Of a stretch of 64,000 nucleotides of DNA, positions 1 to 12,235 are shown piece by piece. The stretch comes from Mobula birostris. Taxonomy: Eukaryota. The stretch spans positions 40,867,920 through 40,931,919 of the forward strand of contig NC_092380.1 in the NCBI RefSeq assembly GCF_030028105.1, in the 5' to 3' direction. The position numbers were made by a program, and so were the translations under genes. The first letter of the stretch is position 1; each line of letters opens with the position of its first letter. The notes beneath the pieces were generated by a model. That model was not told where the DNA came from. It ran no database searches and worked only from the letters and a program-made list of their open reading frames with translations.

Positions 1-300
1 CACCAGGTCATCCCTCAGCATGCAACACTCCAGACAAAACAGTCCAAGTTTGTCCATCCTTTCCTTCTAGCTAATCCTCTCTAATCCAGGCAACATCCTG
101 GTGACCATCGTCTGCACCCTCTGTGGTGCCCAAAACTGCACACAGTACTGCAATGTGGCCTAACCAAAGTTTTATACAGCTGCAATAAGATCTTTCAATT
201 TTTATATTCAGTGTCCTGATCAATATAAGCAAGTAAGCTTGTATTTCAGGCTTCTTCAGCACCCTGTCCACTTACTGTATGTTGTCTCTTCTGGGGAGCT
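1..300 (-). mobile_element. CR1 LINE 3' RT fragment (degenerate)
   Basis: Minus-strand similarity to the [13 protein letters not shown] and FTRMLPG motifs seen in other CR1 copies in this window. Confidence 0.6.
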
Positions 301-423
301 ATGGTAATTTGGTTTATTAGTGTCACATCTCCAAAGGTGCACTGCAACACTTTGTTCTGCTTGCCATCCATACAGAGCATTGTGTTACACAGTGCAGTAA
401 CACAAGGGAAAACAGTAACAGAA

Positions 424-678
424 TGCAGAAATTAGTGCAACACGCATCAAAGTTGCTGGTGAACGCAGCAGGCCAGGCAGCATCTGTAGGAAGAGGTGCA
501 GTCGACGTTTCAGGCCCAGACTCTTCGTCAGGACTAACTGAAGGGTCTGCGCCTGAAACATCGACTGCACCTCTTCCTACAGATGCTGCCTGGCCTGCTG
601 CATTCACCAGCAACTTTGATGTGTGTTGCTTGAATTTCCAGCATCTGCAGAATTCCTGTTGTTTGCAGAAATTAGTGC
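424..678. mobile_element. Non-autonomous Penelope-terminus element forming a long inverted repeat, with 15-bp flanking direct repeat
   Basis: 85-bp arms at 437-521 and 545-629 (4 mismatches); same sequence as the Penelope 3' ends at 25420-25545 and 61550-61690; tgcagaaattagtgc at 424-438 and 664-678. Confidence 0.8.
500..535 (-). ncRNA. Minimal type I hammerhead ribozyme motif
   Basis: Minus strand reads AGTC-CTGACGA-AGAGTCTGGGCCT-GAAAC-GTC-GACT; core intact, stem II imperfect. Confidence 0.55.
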
Positions 679-1139
679 TAGTTACAGAGAGAGTGCAGTG
701 CAGACGTATAGTACAGTAGTGTGCAAGCCCATAATGAGGTAAATTGTGAGGTTAGCAGTCCATTCTATCATACAAGGGAACCATTCAATAACAGCAGGAT
801 ATAGAATTCTGGTGGTACGTTTTCCAGCTTTTATATCTTCTGCCTGATGGGAGAGGGGAGAAGAGGAAATGTGTGGGGTAGGTGCACTTGGTCATTTTAC
901 CAAGGCACTGAGAAGACCATGGAGTGGAGGTTGGTTTCTATGATGTGTTGAGCCGTGCTCACAACTCTCTGTAGTCTCAGGCAGAGCAGTTGCCATTCCA
1001 AGCACTGATACATCCAGAAAGGATGTGTTCTACAGTGATTCAATATAAATTGATGAAGGTCAAAGGTAATGCAAAGTTTCTTTAGCTTGCTGGGAAAGTA
1101 AAGCTCTGGCCATGGCATCCATTGTATGTTTGGACCAGG

Positions 1140-2360
1140 ACATTTAATGGACTTGCACCCCCAAGATCCCTCTCTGCTTCTAAGATCCTGCCATTTATTG
1201 TATGCTTTCCCCTTACATTTGGATTTCCAAAGTACAATACTTTGTCTGGATAAAACTTCACCTATATTTCAAACTGATCTGTGTATCTTTTAACAACCTT
1301 CCTCACAATACAACTTCGTCAGTTTTTGTGTCTGCAAACTTACTAATCAAACTGAATACATTTTCATCAAAATCATTAGTATATATTACAAACAACAAAG
1401 GTCCCAGCAGAACCGTCAAGAGAAATGCACCTCTATCAATACCCTCTGTTTCTTGCAACCAAGGCAATTTTGGAGCAAATTCAATAACTTATTGTGGATC
1501 CAATGTGACTCAATCTTCTGAATGAGGGACCTTATCAAATCCTTTAGTGAAGTCTATGTGGACAACATCCATTTCCCTACCCTCATCAATTTTCTTCATC
1601 ATTTTCTCAAAAAGCTCAAACAAATGTGTGAGACAGCATCCCCCAGCATAGAGGCATACTGACTTTCCTTAATGAATCAGTGATTTTCCAAATGTAAGTA
1701 AATCCTACTCCAAAGGATCTTCTCCAGCAACTGATGTAAGGCTCAGTGGCCTATAATTTCCTGGTGTATCCCTTTATAATTTGAACAATGGAGCAATATT
1801 GGCTATTCTCCAGTCCTCTGGTGCCTTTCCTTTGGCTACAGAGAACACTAAGATCTTGTCAATCTCCTCTCTGACCACCCTCAGTGCTCTGGGATAGATT
1901 CCATCAGACCCTGGGTACTTAACCAACTTAATGTTTTTCAAAACCCTACAACACCTCCTTCTCCTTAATAATGACATGCTTAGATTATCAGCAAACCTCC
2001 CAGAACTCATTATCCATATCGTTCTCTTTGTGAAGACCTCACTTCCTCAGGCTCCACGCATAAATTTCCTCCTTTGCCCTTGAATGGACTGACCCTTTCC
2101 CTAGCAGCCTCTTGCTTCTAAAATACGTATAAAATGCATTTGGATTCTCCTTAATCCTACTCACCAAGGAAATTTCATGATACCTTTTAAGCTCTCCTAA
2201 TTTCAAGTTATTTTCTGCTTCAATTATACTTCTCAATGCCTTTGTATGATTTCAGCTTCCTCAACCTTCGTTTTGTTTTCGGCTAAACTTACAATATCTC
2301 TTATCAGCCAATGTTCTGAACTTTGCCATACTTGTCTTGAATTCTCACTGCTGGAATCAC
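1140..2360 (-). mobile_element. Degenerate CR1 LINE ORF2 fragments
   Basis: ORF pieces KYPGSDGIYPRALR...PEDWRIANIAPLFK and SRIKENPNAFYTY. Confidence 0.75.
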
Positions 2361-2769
2361 TGCTGAGACTCCTAGTTTTTATAATATATATGTTGGAGCT
2401 GGAGATATTTGCAGTGTCTCAGTCTGGCTTCAGCCTCTGAAGGTCTCTGTTTGCAACAAGCACCAACCTTTTGACCCCTCTTTCTTGTCAGAGTAAGTGG
2501 TGAGGGCATGTGACGGGACTAGGACCACAGGCTTCCACTTGTCACAGGGTGCCATCAGCAGCAGGCATGTTGCTTTCTGGACACCTGAACTTTGCCTGAT
2601 GATGGAGCAAAAGAGATTTCAGTCATCAAAGTCACAACATAACTGTGTGTTATGTTATGTTGTGTTATGTGACACAACACAACACACCATAAGGAAGGAA
2701 CATGAAGGGTGGGAATGAGGAGCCATGGATCAATGTGACTGGGGTTGAGACACTCATTGCTGAGTCTCA

Positions 2770-3280
2770 AGACAGTAAGACATAGGAACAGGATTTAACT
2801 ATTTGACTCATCGATCTTCTCTGCCATTCGATCAGGGCTGATTTATTTTCCCTTTCAAACCCATTCTCCTGCCTTCTCCCCGTAACCTTACTAATCAAGA
2901 ACCTATCAACTTTGCTTTAAATAAACGCAATGACTTGGTCTCCACAGCTGTCAGTGGCAATGAGTTCCACAGATTTCACCACCCTCTGGCTAAAGAAATT
3001 CCTCCTCTTCTCTGTTCTGAAGGTACGATGTCCTTCTATCCTGAGGCTGTGCCCTCTGGTCTTAACTTCCCTGCCATTGAAAACATTCTCTCCACATCCG
3101 CTCTGTCTAGGACTTTCAATATTTGGTAGGTTTCAATGAGATTCTCCCCCTCATTCTTCTAAACTCAAGCAAGTACAGGCTAGTCAAATGCTCCTCATAC
3201 ATTAACCCTTTCATTCCTAGAATCATTCTTGTAAACCTCCTCTGGAACCTCTCCAATGCCAACACATCCTTTCTTAGCCT
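2770..3280 (-). mobile_element. CR1 LINE 3' end
   Basis: LRKDVLALERFQRRFTRMILGMKGLMYEE motif and CR1-type 3' tail. Confidence 0.8.
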
Positions 3281-3703
3281 AGGTGTGAAACACAGACCTA
3301 TGTGTCCTGGTGGAGGGGTGGGGAGACAAAACATTCTGTAACTGGTGGGGGGGGGGGGTGGGGAACAGGGATACATAGAGATACAGGTCATTGTGGGGAC
3401 ATGGACTGGTGAGTCCAGGGGAAGGGGATTTGGACTAGAGTGTCCAGGGGGTGGGGACACAGAATGGGGTACCCCAAGAGCTGTGGTACACAGACTGATG
3501 AATCTTCAGGGGTGGGGACGTGTCCAGGGAAAGTGAGGACACAATTTGGTATTATTCAGGGAAGGTGGGAACACAGACTGGTGGGCCTGGGAGGGGGTGG
3601 GGTGAATGGGGATTCAGATTGAATTGTCCCTGAAGCGGGGTGGGACACAGATTGATGTGCCCCTTAGGTGGAGAGAAAGACTGGTTTGTTCTTGGTGTCT
3701 CAG

Positions 3704-3939
3704 GGTATGCAGAGCCACATTGACAGGCTCTTCCCTGCGCAGACCTCTAAACACATACTCAGCATCAGGCTGCAGGGCCCGGCAAACAAATCGACAGCTC
3801 ACGTCAAGCTCAGCGATTTCTCATCTGGACAAGCTGAAGCTGCTGGCACCCTCGGAAGTTCCAAATCCAGCTGCTGATGGGTTAACAGCCAGCCTGGGCA
3901 CCACAGTGAAACCCAAGCCAATCACCGCTGCAGAGTCAG
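3704..3939 (+). CDS. Candidate internal exon of upstream gene (3' portion; possibly AGBL2 by synteny)
   Basis: acceptor tttgttcttggtgtctcag|; open frame VCRATLTGSSLRRPLNTYS...KPKPITAAES; donor CAG|gtactg; ends phase 1. Confidence 0.45.
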
Positions 3940-3984
3940 GTACTGTGCTCCTTCACAAAGTGGGGGGAGAGGGGAGGCACATGA

Positions 3985-5392
3985 CAAGATAGGCCAAAGC
4001 CAGCGTGGTTTCCTGAGGAAATTACAAGCAGGGTAGACAAAGGAGATGCAGTAGATGTGTACTTGGATTTTCAGAAGGCCTTTGACAAGGTGCCGCACAT
4101 GAGGCTGCTTAGCAAGATAAGAGCCCATGGAATTACAGAGAAGTTACTAGTATGGGTGGAGCATTGGCTGATCGGCAGAAAACAGAGATTGGGAATAAAG
4201 GGATCCTATTCTGGCTGGCTGCCAGTTACCAGTAGAGTTCTACAGGGGTCGGTGTTGGGACCGCTGCTTTTTACGATGTACATCAATGATTTGACAATGG
4301 GATTAACGGATTTGTGGTTAAATTTGCCGATGATACAAGATAGGTGAATGAGTGGGTAGTGTTGAGGAAACAGAGAGCCTGCAGAGAGACTTAGATAGTT
4401 TAGGGGAATGGGCAAAGAATTGGCAAATAAAATACAATGTTGGAAAGTGTATGGTCATGCACTTTGGTGGAAGAAATAAGTGGGCAGACTATTACTTAGA
4501 TGGGGAGAGAATTCAAAATGCAGAGGTGCAAAGAGACTTGGGAGTTCTTGCGCAGGATACCTTAAAGGTTAACCTCCAGGTTAAATCAGTTGTGAAGAAG
4601 GCGAATGCAACGTTGGCATTCATTTCTAGAGGTATAGAATACAAGAGCAGGGATGTGATGTTGAGGCTCTATAAGGCACTCGTGAGACCACACTTGGAGT
4701 GCAGTTTTGGGCTCCTTATTTTAGAAAGGATATACTGACTTTGGAGAGAGTTCAGAGAAGATTCACGAGAAGGATTCCAGGAATAAAAGGGTTACCATAT
4801 GAGAAACGTCTGGCATCTCTTGGGCTATATCCCCTGGAGTTCAGGAGAATGAGGGCGGATCTCATAGAAACATTCCGAATGTTAAAAAGCCTGAACAGAT
4901 TCATTTCTGTGGAAGATACTGTACAGGGAGGGCGCAAGGGTCCAACTACCAAGGCAGGTCAGCAAGAGAGCTGTGGGAAATAGAGATGGGCTAGTGGTGA
5001 GGGGAGAGGGGAAAGGAATGGGAGGAAGAGGGGAGAGGGGAAAGGACTGAGAGGAAGAAAGTCATTTCCCATGGTAGGGGAATCTGGACAAGAGGACACG
5101 ACTTCAGGATTGAAGGACGTCCATTTCGAACTGGGATGCGGACAGATTACTTTAGTCAGAGGGTGGTAAATCTGTGGAATTTGTTGCCACAAGCGGCTGT
5201 GGAGGCCAAGTCAGTGGGTGCATTTAAGACAGAGATAGATAGGTTCTTGATTAGCCAGGGCATCAAAGGGTATCGGGTGAAGGCAGGGAGTAGGGATGAC
5301 TGGAAGAATTGGATCAGCCCTTGATTGAATGGCGTGTCAGACTCAATGGGCCGAATGGCCTACTTCTGCTCCTATATCTTATAGTCTTCTGG
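3985..5392 (+). mobile_element. 5'-truncated CR1 LINE (RT domain to 3' tail), interrupted by a foreign insertion at ~4903-5057
   Basis: [40 protein letters not shown] motifs with frameshifts. Confidence 0.9.
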
Positions 5393-5974
5393 TCTAATAC
5401 TGTTGTTCAATATATACATACCAGATTCTGAATGGAGGACCAGCCACACCAGACTCCTCCATACCTGCGCACCTGGTACAGAGGCCACTGTCAATGGGTT
5501 CACATGACATCTCCCAGTGTTTCAATTCCCAGCTGTGTTCATTTGGCTCTGATCAGCCCATGACCAGGGCAGGGTTTCAATTCCCAGATTCCCAGGAAAT
5601 CTGATCCTGTGTGAGATACAATGGCTGTCAAATGATCACTGATACGATTGGAAACGTGTACAGTAAGGCCACAACTTGCCACTTCCTCTCCGCCCTGCTC
5701 CACTTTCAAATCCCTCACTTCCTCCCCTACCGACAACTCTCACCTTTCCAACCCTCCATACTCACCTCCCCATCTCTAATTTTCCTCTACCCCGCAATTT
5801 TCCTTCTAACCTCTCCTCCTCACTGCACCCTCCCTCCATCCTCCACCTCCTCCTCTCTGTTACAGCCAGGAAATTCTATCCCAACCCTTCTCCCCGCAGC
5901 CCCTCTACCCAACTTTGTCCCTTCTCCCCTGTTCCTCCAAGCCCTTGTTCCCCACTCCCCCATCCTCCAGTCTT

Positions 5975-6900
5975 TCTTCCTCTCTCCCCTCTACCTCCCA
6001 TTCCTTTCCCCTCTCCCCCTTCCTCCCATTCCTTTCCCCTCTCCCCCTTCCTCCCATTCCTTTCCCCTCTCCTCTCTTCCTCGCAGTCCTTTCCCCTCTC
6101 CTCTCTTCTTCCCAGTCCTTTCCCCTCTCCCCACTTCCTCCCAGTCCTTTCCTCTCTCCCCTCTTCCTCCCAGTCCTTTCCCCTCTCCCCTCTTCCTCCC
6201 AGTCCTTTCCCCTCTCCCCTTCCTCCCAGTCCTTTCCCCTCTCCCCTCTTCCTCCCAGTCCTTTCCCCTCTCCCTCTTCCTCCCATTCCTTTCCCCTCTC
6301 CTCTCTTCCTCCCAGTCCTTTCCCCTCTCCTCTCTTCCTTCCAGTCCTTTCCCCTCTCCCTCTTCCTCCCAGTCCTTTCCCCTCTCCCCTCTTCCTCCCA
6401 GTCCTTTCCCCTCTCCCCCTTCCTCCCAGTCCTTTCCCCTCTCCCCTCTTCCTCCCAGTCCTTTCCCCTCTCCCCCTTCCTCCCAGTCCTTTCCCCTCTC
6501 CCCTCTTCCTCCCAGTCCTTTCCCCTCTCCCCCTTCCTCCCAGTCCTTTCCCCTCTCCCCCTTCCTCCCAGTCCTTTCCCCTCTCCTCTCTTCCTCCCAG
6601 TCCTTTCCCCTCTCCCCTCTTCCTCCCAGTCCTTTCCCCTCTCCCCCTTCCTCCCAGTCCTTTCCCCTCTCCCCCTTCCTCCCAGTCCTTTCCCCTCTCC
6701 TCTCTTCCTCCCAGTCCTTTCCCCTCTCCCCTCTTCCTCCCAGTCCTTTCCCCCTCCCCTCTTCCTCCCAGTCCTTTCCCCTCTCCTCTCTTCCTCCCAG
6801 TCCTTTCCCCTCTCCCCTCTTCCTCCCAGTCCCTTCCCCTCTACCTCCCAGTCCTTTCCCCTCTCCCCTCTTCCTCCCATTCCTTTCCCCTCTCCCCTCA
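5975..6900. repeat. Polypyrimidine minisatellite (~26-28 bp unit cttcctcccagtcctttcccctctcc(cc/ct))
   Basis: ~900 bp of tandem copies, almost pure C/T on the + strand. Confidence 0.95.
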
Positions 6901-7088
6901 CCACTAGCCCATCTCTATTTCCCACAGCTCTCTTGCTGACCTGCCTTGGTAGTTGGACCCTTGCGCCCTCCCTGTACAGTATCTTCCACAGGAAATTGTC
7001 TTGCGGTGTAGATTCCGCAATGTGTGTAACTGACAGATATGAGATTCTGCAGATTTGTGTAACAGAGCTTCCTGATCTTTTTCCTCAG

Positions 7089-7196
7089 GCAGTCCCATGG
7101 GCTCGAGAGTTTGGTACAAGGACGAAACCTGTTCCGGTTTTGTGGGATCGGAGGTGATTGATGAGCCCAGTGTAAGAAGGCCAGAGTCGGCCACAG
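7089..7196 (+). CDS. Candidate internal exon of upstream gene (108 nt, phase 1-1)
   Basis: acceptor tctttttcctcag|; (G)SPMGSRVWYKDETCSGFVGSEVIDEPSVRRPESAT; donor CAG|gtgggt. Confidence 0.55.
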
Positions 7197-7744
7197 GTGG
7201 GTTCTGGGATGCTGGTGGTGAGACAGGCAGCTGGGGAGTTTGTGACGTAGTGTGCATCTTCCATTGTTTATTCTGTGCCCTCTGACGTATCGACTTCGTA
7301 CTCAATACTGTCTCCAATTAATCCTTTTTCAGAGAGTATGGGCCAGAAAGATCCAAGTTCCATTTTCTTCCAAGAAGCATAGAGGGCAGTTTTGAATGTT
7401 TTCAATCCTGCTGGTTATCACTAAAGTAAATAGGGTTTTGTAATTAGTTATAGATCGATTATAGTCACACAGCTCTTTAGCTCGGTGCATCTGTGCTGAT
7501 TTTCAAACTGATTCCATTTCTAGCACTTGGTCCATAGCTGTCCATGCTTTCATGATTCAAGTGCTTGTCTGGAGTCTCGGCCCCCACCACTCCTCAGGCA
7601 GTGTTTCAGATTCGAAACACCCTCTGGAAGAGAAAGATCTTCCTCACATCCCTTCTAAACCTTAAACCCATGTCCTCTTGTTATAGACATTTCTACTAAG
7701 GGAAAAAGTTTCTTTCCATGCCTTTCCAGTCTCCACCTCAAGGC

Positions 7745-10700
7745 AATGAACATAGAAACATAGAAAACCTACAGCACAATACAGGCCCTTCGGCCCACAA
7801 AGCTGTGCTGAACATGTCCCTACCTTAGAACTACCTAGGCTTTACCCATTGCCCTCTATTTTTCTAAGCTCCATGTGGCCATCCAGGAGACTCTTAAAAG
7901 ACCCTATCGTTCCCGCCTCCACCACCGTCGCCGGCAGCCCATTCCACGCACTCACCACTCTCTGCGTAAAAAACTTACTTCTGATATCTCCTCTGTACCT
8001 ACTTCCAAGAACATTAAAATTATGCCCTCATTTGCTAGCCATTTCAGCCCTGGGGAAAACCCTCTGACTATCCACACGATCAATGCCTCTCAATATCTTG
8101 TACACCTCTATCAGGTCAACTCTCACACTCCGTCGCTCCAAGGAGAAAAGGCCGAGTTCACTCAACCTGTTCTCATAAGGCATGCTCCCCAATCCAGGCA
8201 ACATCCTTGTAAATCTCCTCTGCACCCTTGCTATGGTTTCCACATCCTTCCGGTAGTGAGGTGACCAGAATTGAGCACAGTACTCCAAGTGGGGTCTGAC
8301 CAGGGTCCTGTATAGCTGTAACATTATCTCTTGGCTCTTGAACTCAATTCCATGGTTGAAGAAGGACAATACACCGTATGCCTTCTTAACCACAGAGTCA
8401 ACCTGCACAGCAGCTTTGAGTGTTCTATGGACTCAGACCTCAAGGTCCCTCCACACTGCCAAGAGTCTCATCATTAATACTATATTCTGCCATCATATTT
8501 GACCTAGCAAAATGAACCATTTCACACTTATCTGGGTTAAACTCCATCGGCCACTTCTCGGCCCAGTTTTGCATCCTAGCGATGTCTCACAGCCCTCCAC
8601 ACTATCCACAACACCTCCAACCTTTGTGTCATCAGCAAATTTACTAGCCCATCCCTCCACTTCCTCATCCAGGTCATTTTTAAAAAATCACAAAGAGTAG
8701 GGGTCCCAGAACAGATCCCTGAGGCACACCACTGGTCACTGACCTCCATGCAGAATAGGACCCGTCTACAACCACTCTTTGCCTTTTGTGGGCAAGCCAG
8801 TTCCGGATCCACAAAGCAATGTCCCCTTGGATCCCATGCTTCCTTACTTTCTCAATAAGCCCTGCATGGAGTACCTTATCAAATGTCTGCTAAAATCCAT
8901 ATACACTACATCTATGGCTCTACCTTCATCAATGTGTTTAGTCACATCCTCAAAAAAATTCAATCAGGCTCATAAGGCACGACCTGCCTTTGACAAAGCC
9001 ATGCTGACTATTCCTAATCATATCATGCCTCTCCAAATGTCCATAAATCCTGCCTCTCAGGATCTTCTCCATCAACTTACCAACCACTAAAGTAAAACTC
9101 ATTGGTCTATAATTTCCTGGGCTAACTCTACTCCCTTTCTTGAATAAGGGAACAATGTCTGCAACCCTCCAATCCTCTGGAACTTCTCCTGTCCCATTGA
9201 TGATGCAAGGATCATTGCCAGAGACTCAGCAATCTCCTCCCTCGTCTCCCACAGTAGACTGGAGTATATCTCGTCCGATCCCGGTGACTTATCCAACTTA
9301 ATGCTTTCTAAAACCTCCAGCACATCCTCTTTATTAATGCCTAAAGGTCAAGCAATTCAGTCCACTGTAAGTCATCCCTACTATGGCCAAGGTCCTTTTC
9401 CATAGTGAATACTGAAGCAAAGTATTCATTAAGTACTTCTGCTATCTCCTCCGGTTCCATACACACTTTTCCACTGCCACACTTGGTTGGTCCTATTCTC
9501 TCATGTCTTATCCTCTTGCTCTTCACATACTTGTAGAATGCCTTGGGGTTTTCCTTAATCCTGCTTGCCAAGGCCTTCTCACGGCCCCTTCTGGCTCTCC
9601 TAATTTCATTCTTAAGCTCCTTCCTGCTAGCCTTATAATTTCCTAGATCTCGATCATTACCTAGTTTTTTGAACTTTTCGTAAGCTTTTCTTTTCTTCTT
9701 GACTGGATTTTCTACAGCCTTTGTACACCATGGTTCCTGTACGCCACCATCCTTTTCCTGTCTCATTGGAACGTACCTATGCAGAACACCACACAAATCT
9801 CCCCTGAACATTTGCCACATTTTTGCTGTACATTTCCCTGAGAACATCACCTCCCAATTTATGCTTCCAAGCCTGATAGCTTCATATTTCCCCTTACTCT
9901 AATTAAACATTTTCCTGACTTGTCTGCTCCTATCCCTCTCCAATGCTATGGTAAAGGAGATAGAATTGTGATCACTATCTCCAAAATGCTCTCCCATTGA
10001 GAGACCTGACACCTGACCAGGTTCATTTCCCAATATCAGATCAAGCCTCTCCTTTTGTAGGCTTATCTACATAGTATGTCAGGAAACCTTCCTGAACACA
10101 CCCAACAAACTCCACCCCATCTAAACCCCTTGCTTTAGGGGGATGCCAATCAATATTGGGGAAATTAAAATCTCCCATCACGACAGCCCTGTTATTATTG
10201 CACCATTCCAGAATCTGTTTCCCTATCTGCTCCTCAATGTCCCTGTTACTATTGGGTGGTCTATAAAAAACACCCAGTAGAGTTATTGACCTCTTCCTGT
10301 TCCTAACTTCCACCCACAGAGACTCCGTAGACAATCCTTCCATGACTTTCCTCCTTTTCTGCTGCTGTGACACTATCTCTGATCAACAGTGCCACCCTCC
10401 CACCTATTTTGCCTCCCTCCCTGTCCTTTCTGAAACATCTAAAGCCTGGCACTCTAAGTAACCATTCCTGCCCCTGAACAATCCAAGTCTCTGTAATGGC
10501 CACAACATCATAGCTCCAAGTACTGATCCATGCTCCAATCTCATCCGCTTTGTTCATGATACTCCTTGCATTAAAATAGGCACATTTCAGACAATTAGTC
10601 TGAGCACATCCCTTCTCTATCACCTGCCTATCCTCCCTCTCACACTGCCTACAAGCTTTCTCTATTTGTGAGCCAACCGCCCCTTCCTCTGTCTCTTCAG

Positions 10701-11350
10701 TTTGGTTCCCACCCCCCAGCAATTCTGGTTTAAACTCTCCCCAATTGCCTTAGGAAACCTCCCTGCCAGGATATTGGTCCCCCTAGGATTCAAGTGCAAC
10801 CCGTCCTTTTTGTACAGGTCACACCTGCCCAAAGAGGTTCCAATGATCCAGAAATCTGAATCCGTGTCCCCTGCTCCAATTCCTCAGCCACACATTTATC
10901 ATCCATCTCACTCTATTCCTATACTCACTGTCACGTGGCACAGGCAGTAATCCCGAAATTACTACCTTTGAGGTCCTGCTTCTCAGCTTCTTTCCTAACT
11001 CCCTGTCGTCTGCTTTCAGGACATCCTCCCTTTTCCTGCCTATGTCATTGGTACCAATATGTACCATGACCTCTGGTTGTTCACTTTCCCACTTCAGGAT
11101 ATCGTGGACGCGATCCGACACATCCCGGACCCTGGCACCTGGTAGGCAAACTACCATCTGTGTTTCTTTCCTGCGTCCACAGAATCGATGTCTGACCCCC
11201 TAACTCTCAAGTTCCCTATCACTGCTGCCATCCTTTTCCTTTCCCTACCCTTCTGAGCCACAGGGCCAGACTCTGTGCCAGAGGCGCGGCCACTGTTGCT
11301 TCCCCCAGGTAGGCCGTCCCCCCAAACAGTACTCAAACAGGACACAAATT
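7745..11350 (-). mobile_element. Long CR1 LINE copy: ORF1 esterase fragment, ORF2 APE endonuclease, RT and 3' tail (degenerate)
   Basis: VVCLPGARV...VHIGTNDIG (SGNH/GDSL esterase of ORF1); YFNARSIMNK, VAITETW, VMGDFNFPNIDW (APE); KSPGSDEIY and [20 protein letters not shown] (RT). Confidence 0.92.
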
Positions 11351-11442
11351 CCACACCACCGTGCCTGAGTTATAGCATCATTCTCCTTAATGAATACAAG
11401 ATCAGAATCAGAATCCGGATCGGGTATAATATCACTAATATA

Positions 11443-11959
11443 CACTCAGTGACCATTGCGTGTATTTTTGTGGTCTTCTGCTGCTAGCCAATTCACTTCA
11501 AGGTTCAATGTGTTGTTATTTGAGATGCATGTCTGTGCACAACTGCTGTAGTGCATGGTTATTTGAGTTACTAGCCCCTTATTCTCAGTTTGAACCATTC
11601 TCCTCTGACCTCTCTCATTAACAAGGCATTATCACCAACAGAACTACCTTTCACTGGATGTTTTTTTTGTATTTTATCCCCATTATCTGTAAATCCTATT
11701 GTGCATGAAAATTCCAGGAGATAAGCAATTTCTGAGTTACTCAAACCACCCTGCCTGGCACCAACAATCATTCCACAGTCAAAGTCAATTAGATCACATT
11801 TCTTCCTCATTCTGATGTTTGGTTTGATCTGAACAACTGAACCTCTGTACTATTTCTGCATGTTTTTATGCATTGAGTTGCTGCCACATGATTGGCTGAT
11901 TAGCTACTTCCATTAACGAGCGAGCATACAGGTGTACCTAATAAAGTGGCCACCGAGTG
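11443..11959 (-). mobile_element. Tc1/mariner-derived internally deleted element
   Basis: Termini TA|cactcagtgacca ... taataaagtggccaccgagtg are inverted repeats; ORF KKCDLIDFDCGMIVGARQGGLSNSEIAYLLEFS resembles the Tc1 transposase N-terminal HTH. Confidence 0.8.
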
Positions 11960-12125
11960 CAGAGGCTGCGGGTATACTGTTTCACTTTTGTTCTTGCACT
12001 TCTTTACTTCCTGCCATTCTGCCCAGAGTCAGTGCTGTCTCTCAGAGCATTTCCATCAATTATTGATCAGTGACTTATTGTCCTATATATTATTATAATT
12101 CTCTTCTCTAATATGTTTTTCTTAG

Positions 12126-12216
12126 CTGGGGAACGTCTACACATCAGGGAGACAACCTGCCTGCCCCAGAGCAATGAGAAAGATGAGATGTGTATGGGAT
12201 CTGACATGTCATCAAG
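12126..12216 (+). CDS. Candidate internal exon of upstream gene (91 nt, phase 1-2)
   Basis: acceptor atgttttttcttag|; (A)GERLHIRETTCLPQSNEKDEMCMGSDMSS; donor AAG|gtgaac. Confidence 0.55.
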
Positions 12217-12235
12217 GTGAACTGAGAGCCTCGGA

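Noticed and set aside
2470-2597. Possible exon near 2.5 kb (minus-strand open frame QSSGVQKATC..., or a + strand exon with a GC donor at 2564)
   Set aside because: The minus version has no partner exons. The plus version has an in-frame TAA right after the best acceptor. Not supportable without transcripts.
3614-3802. Minus-strand peptide LQPDAEYVFRG resembling a fibronectin type III motif
   Set aside because: Short match only; the other FN3 hallmarks are missing and splice signals favour the + strand exon.
5611-7157. Long Pro/Ser/Leu-rich and Gly/Glu/Arg-rich ORFs (330-493 aa)
   Set aside because: Artefacts of a stop-free pyrimidine minisatellite; open in several frames and both strands.
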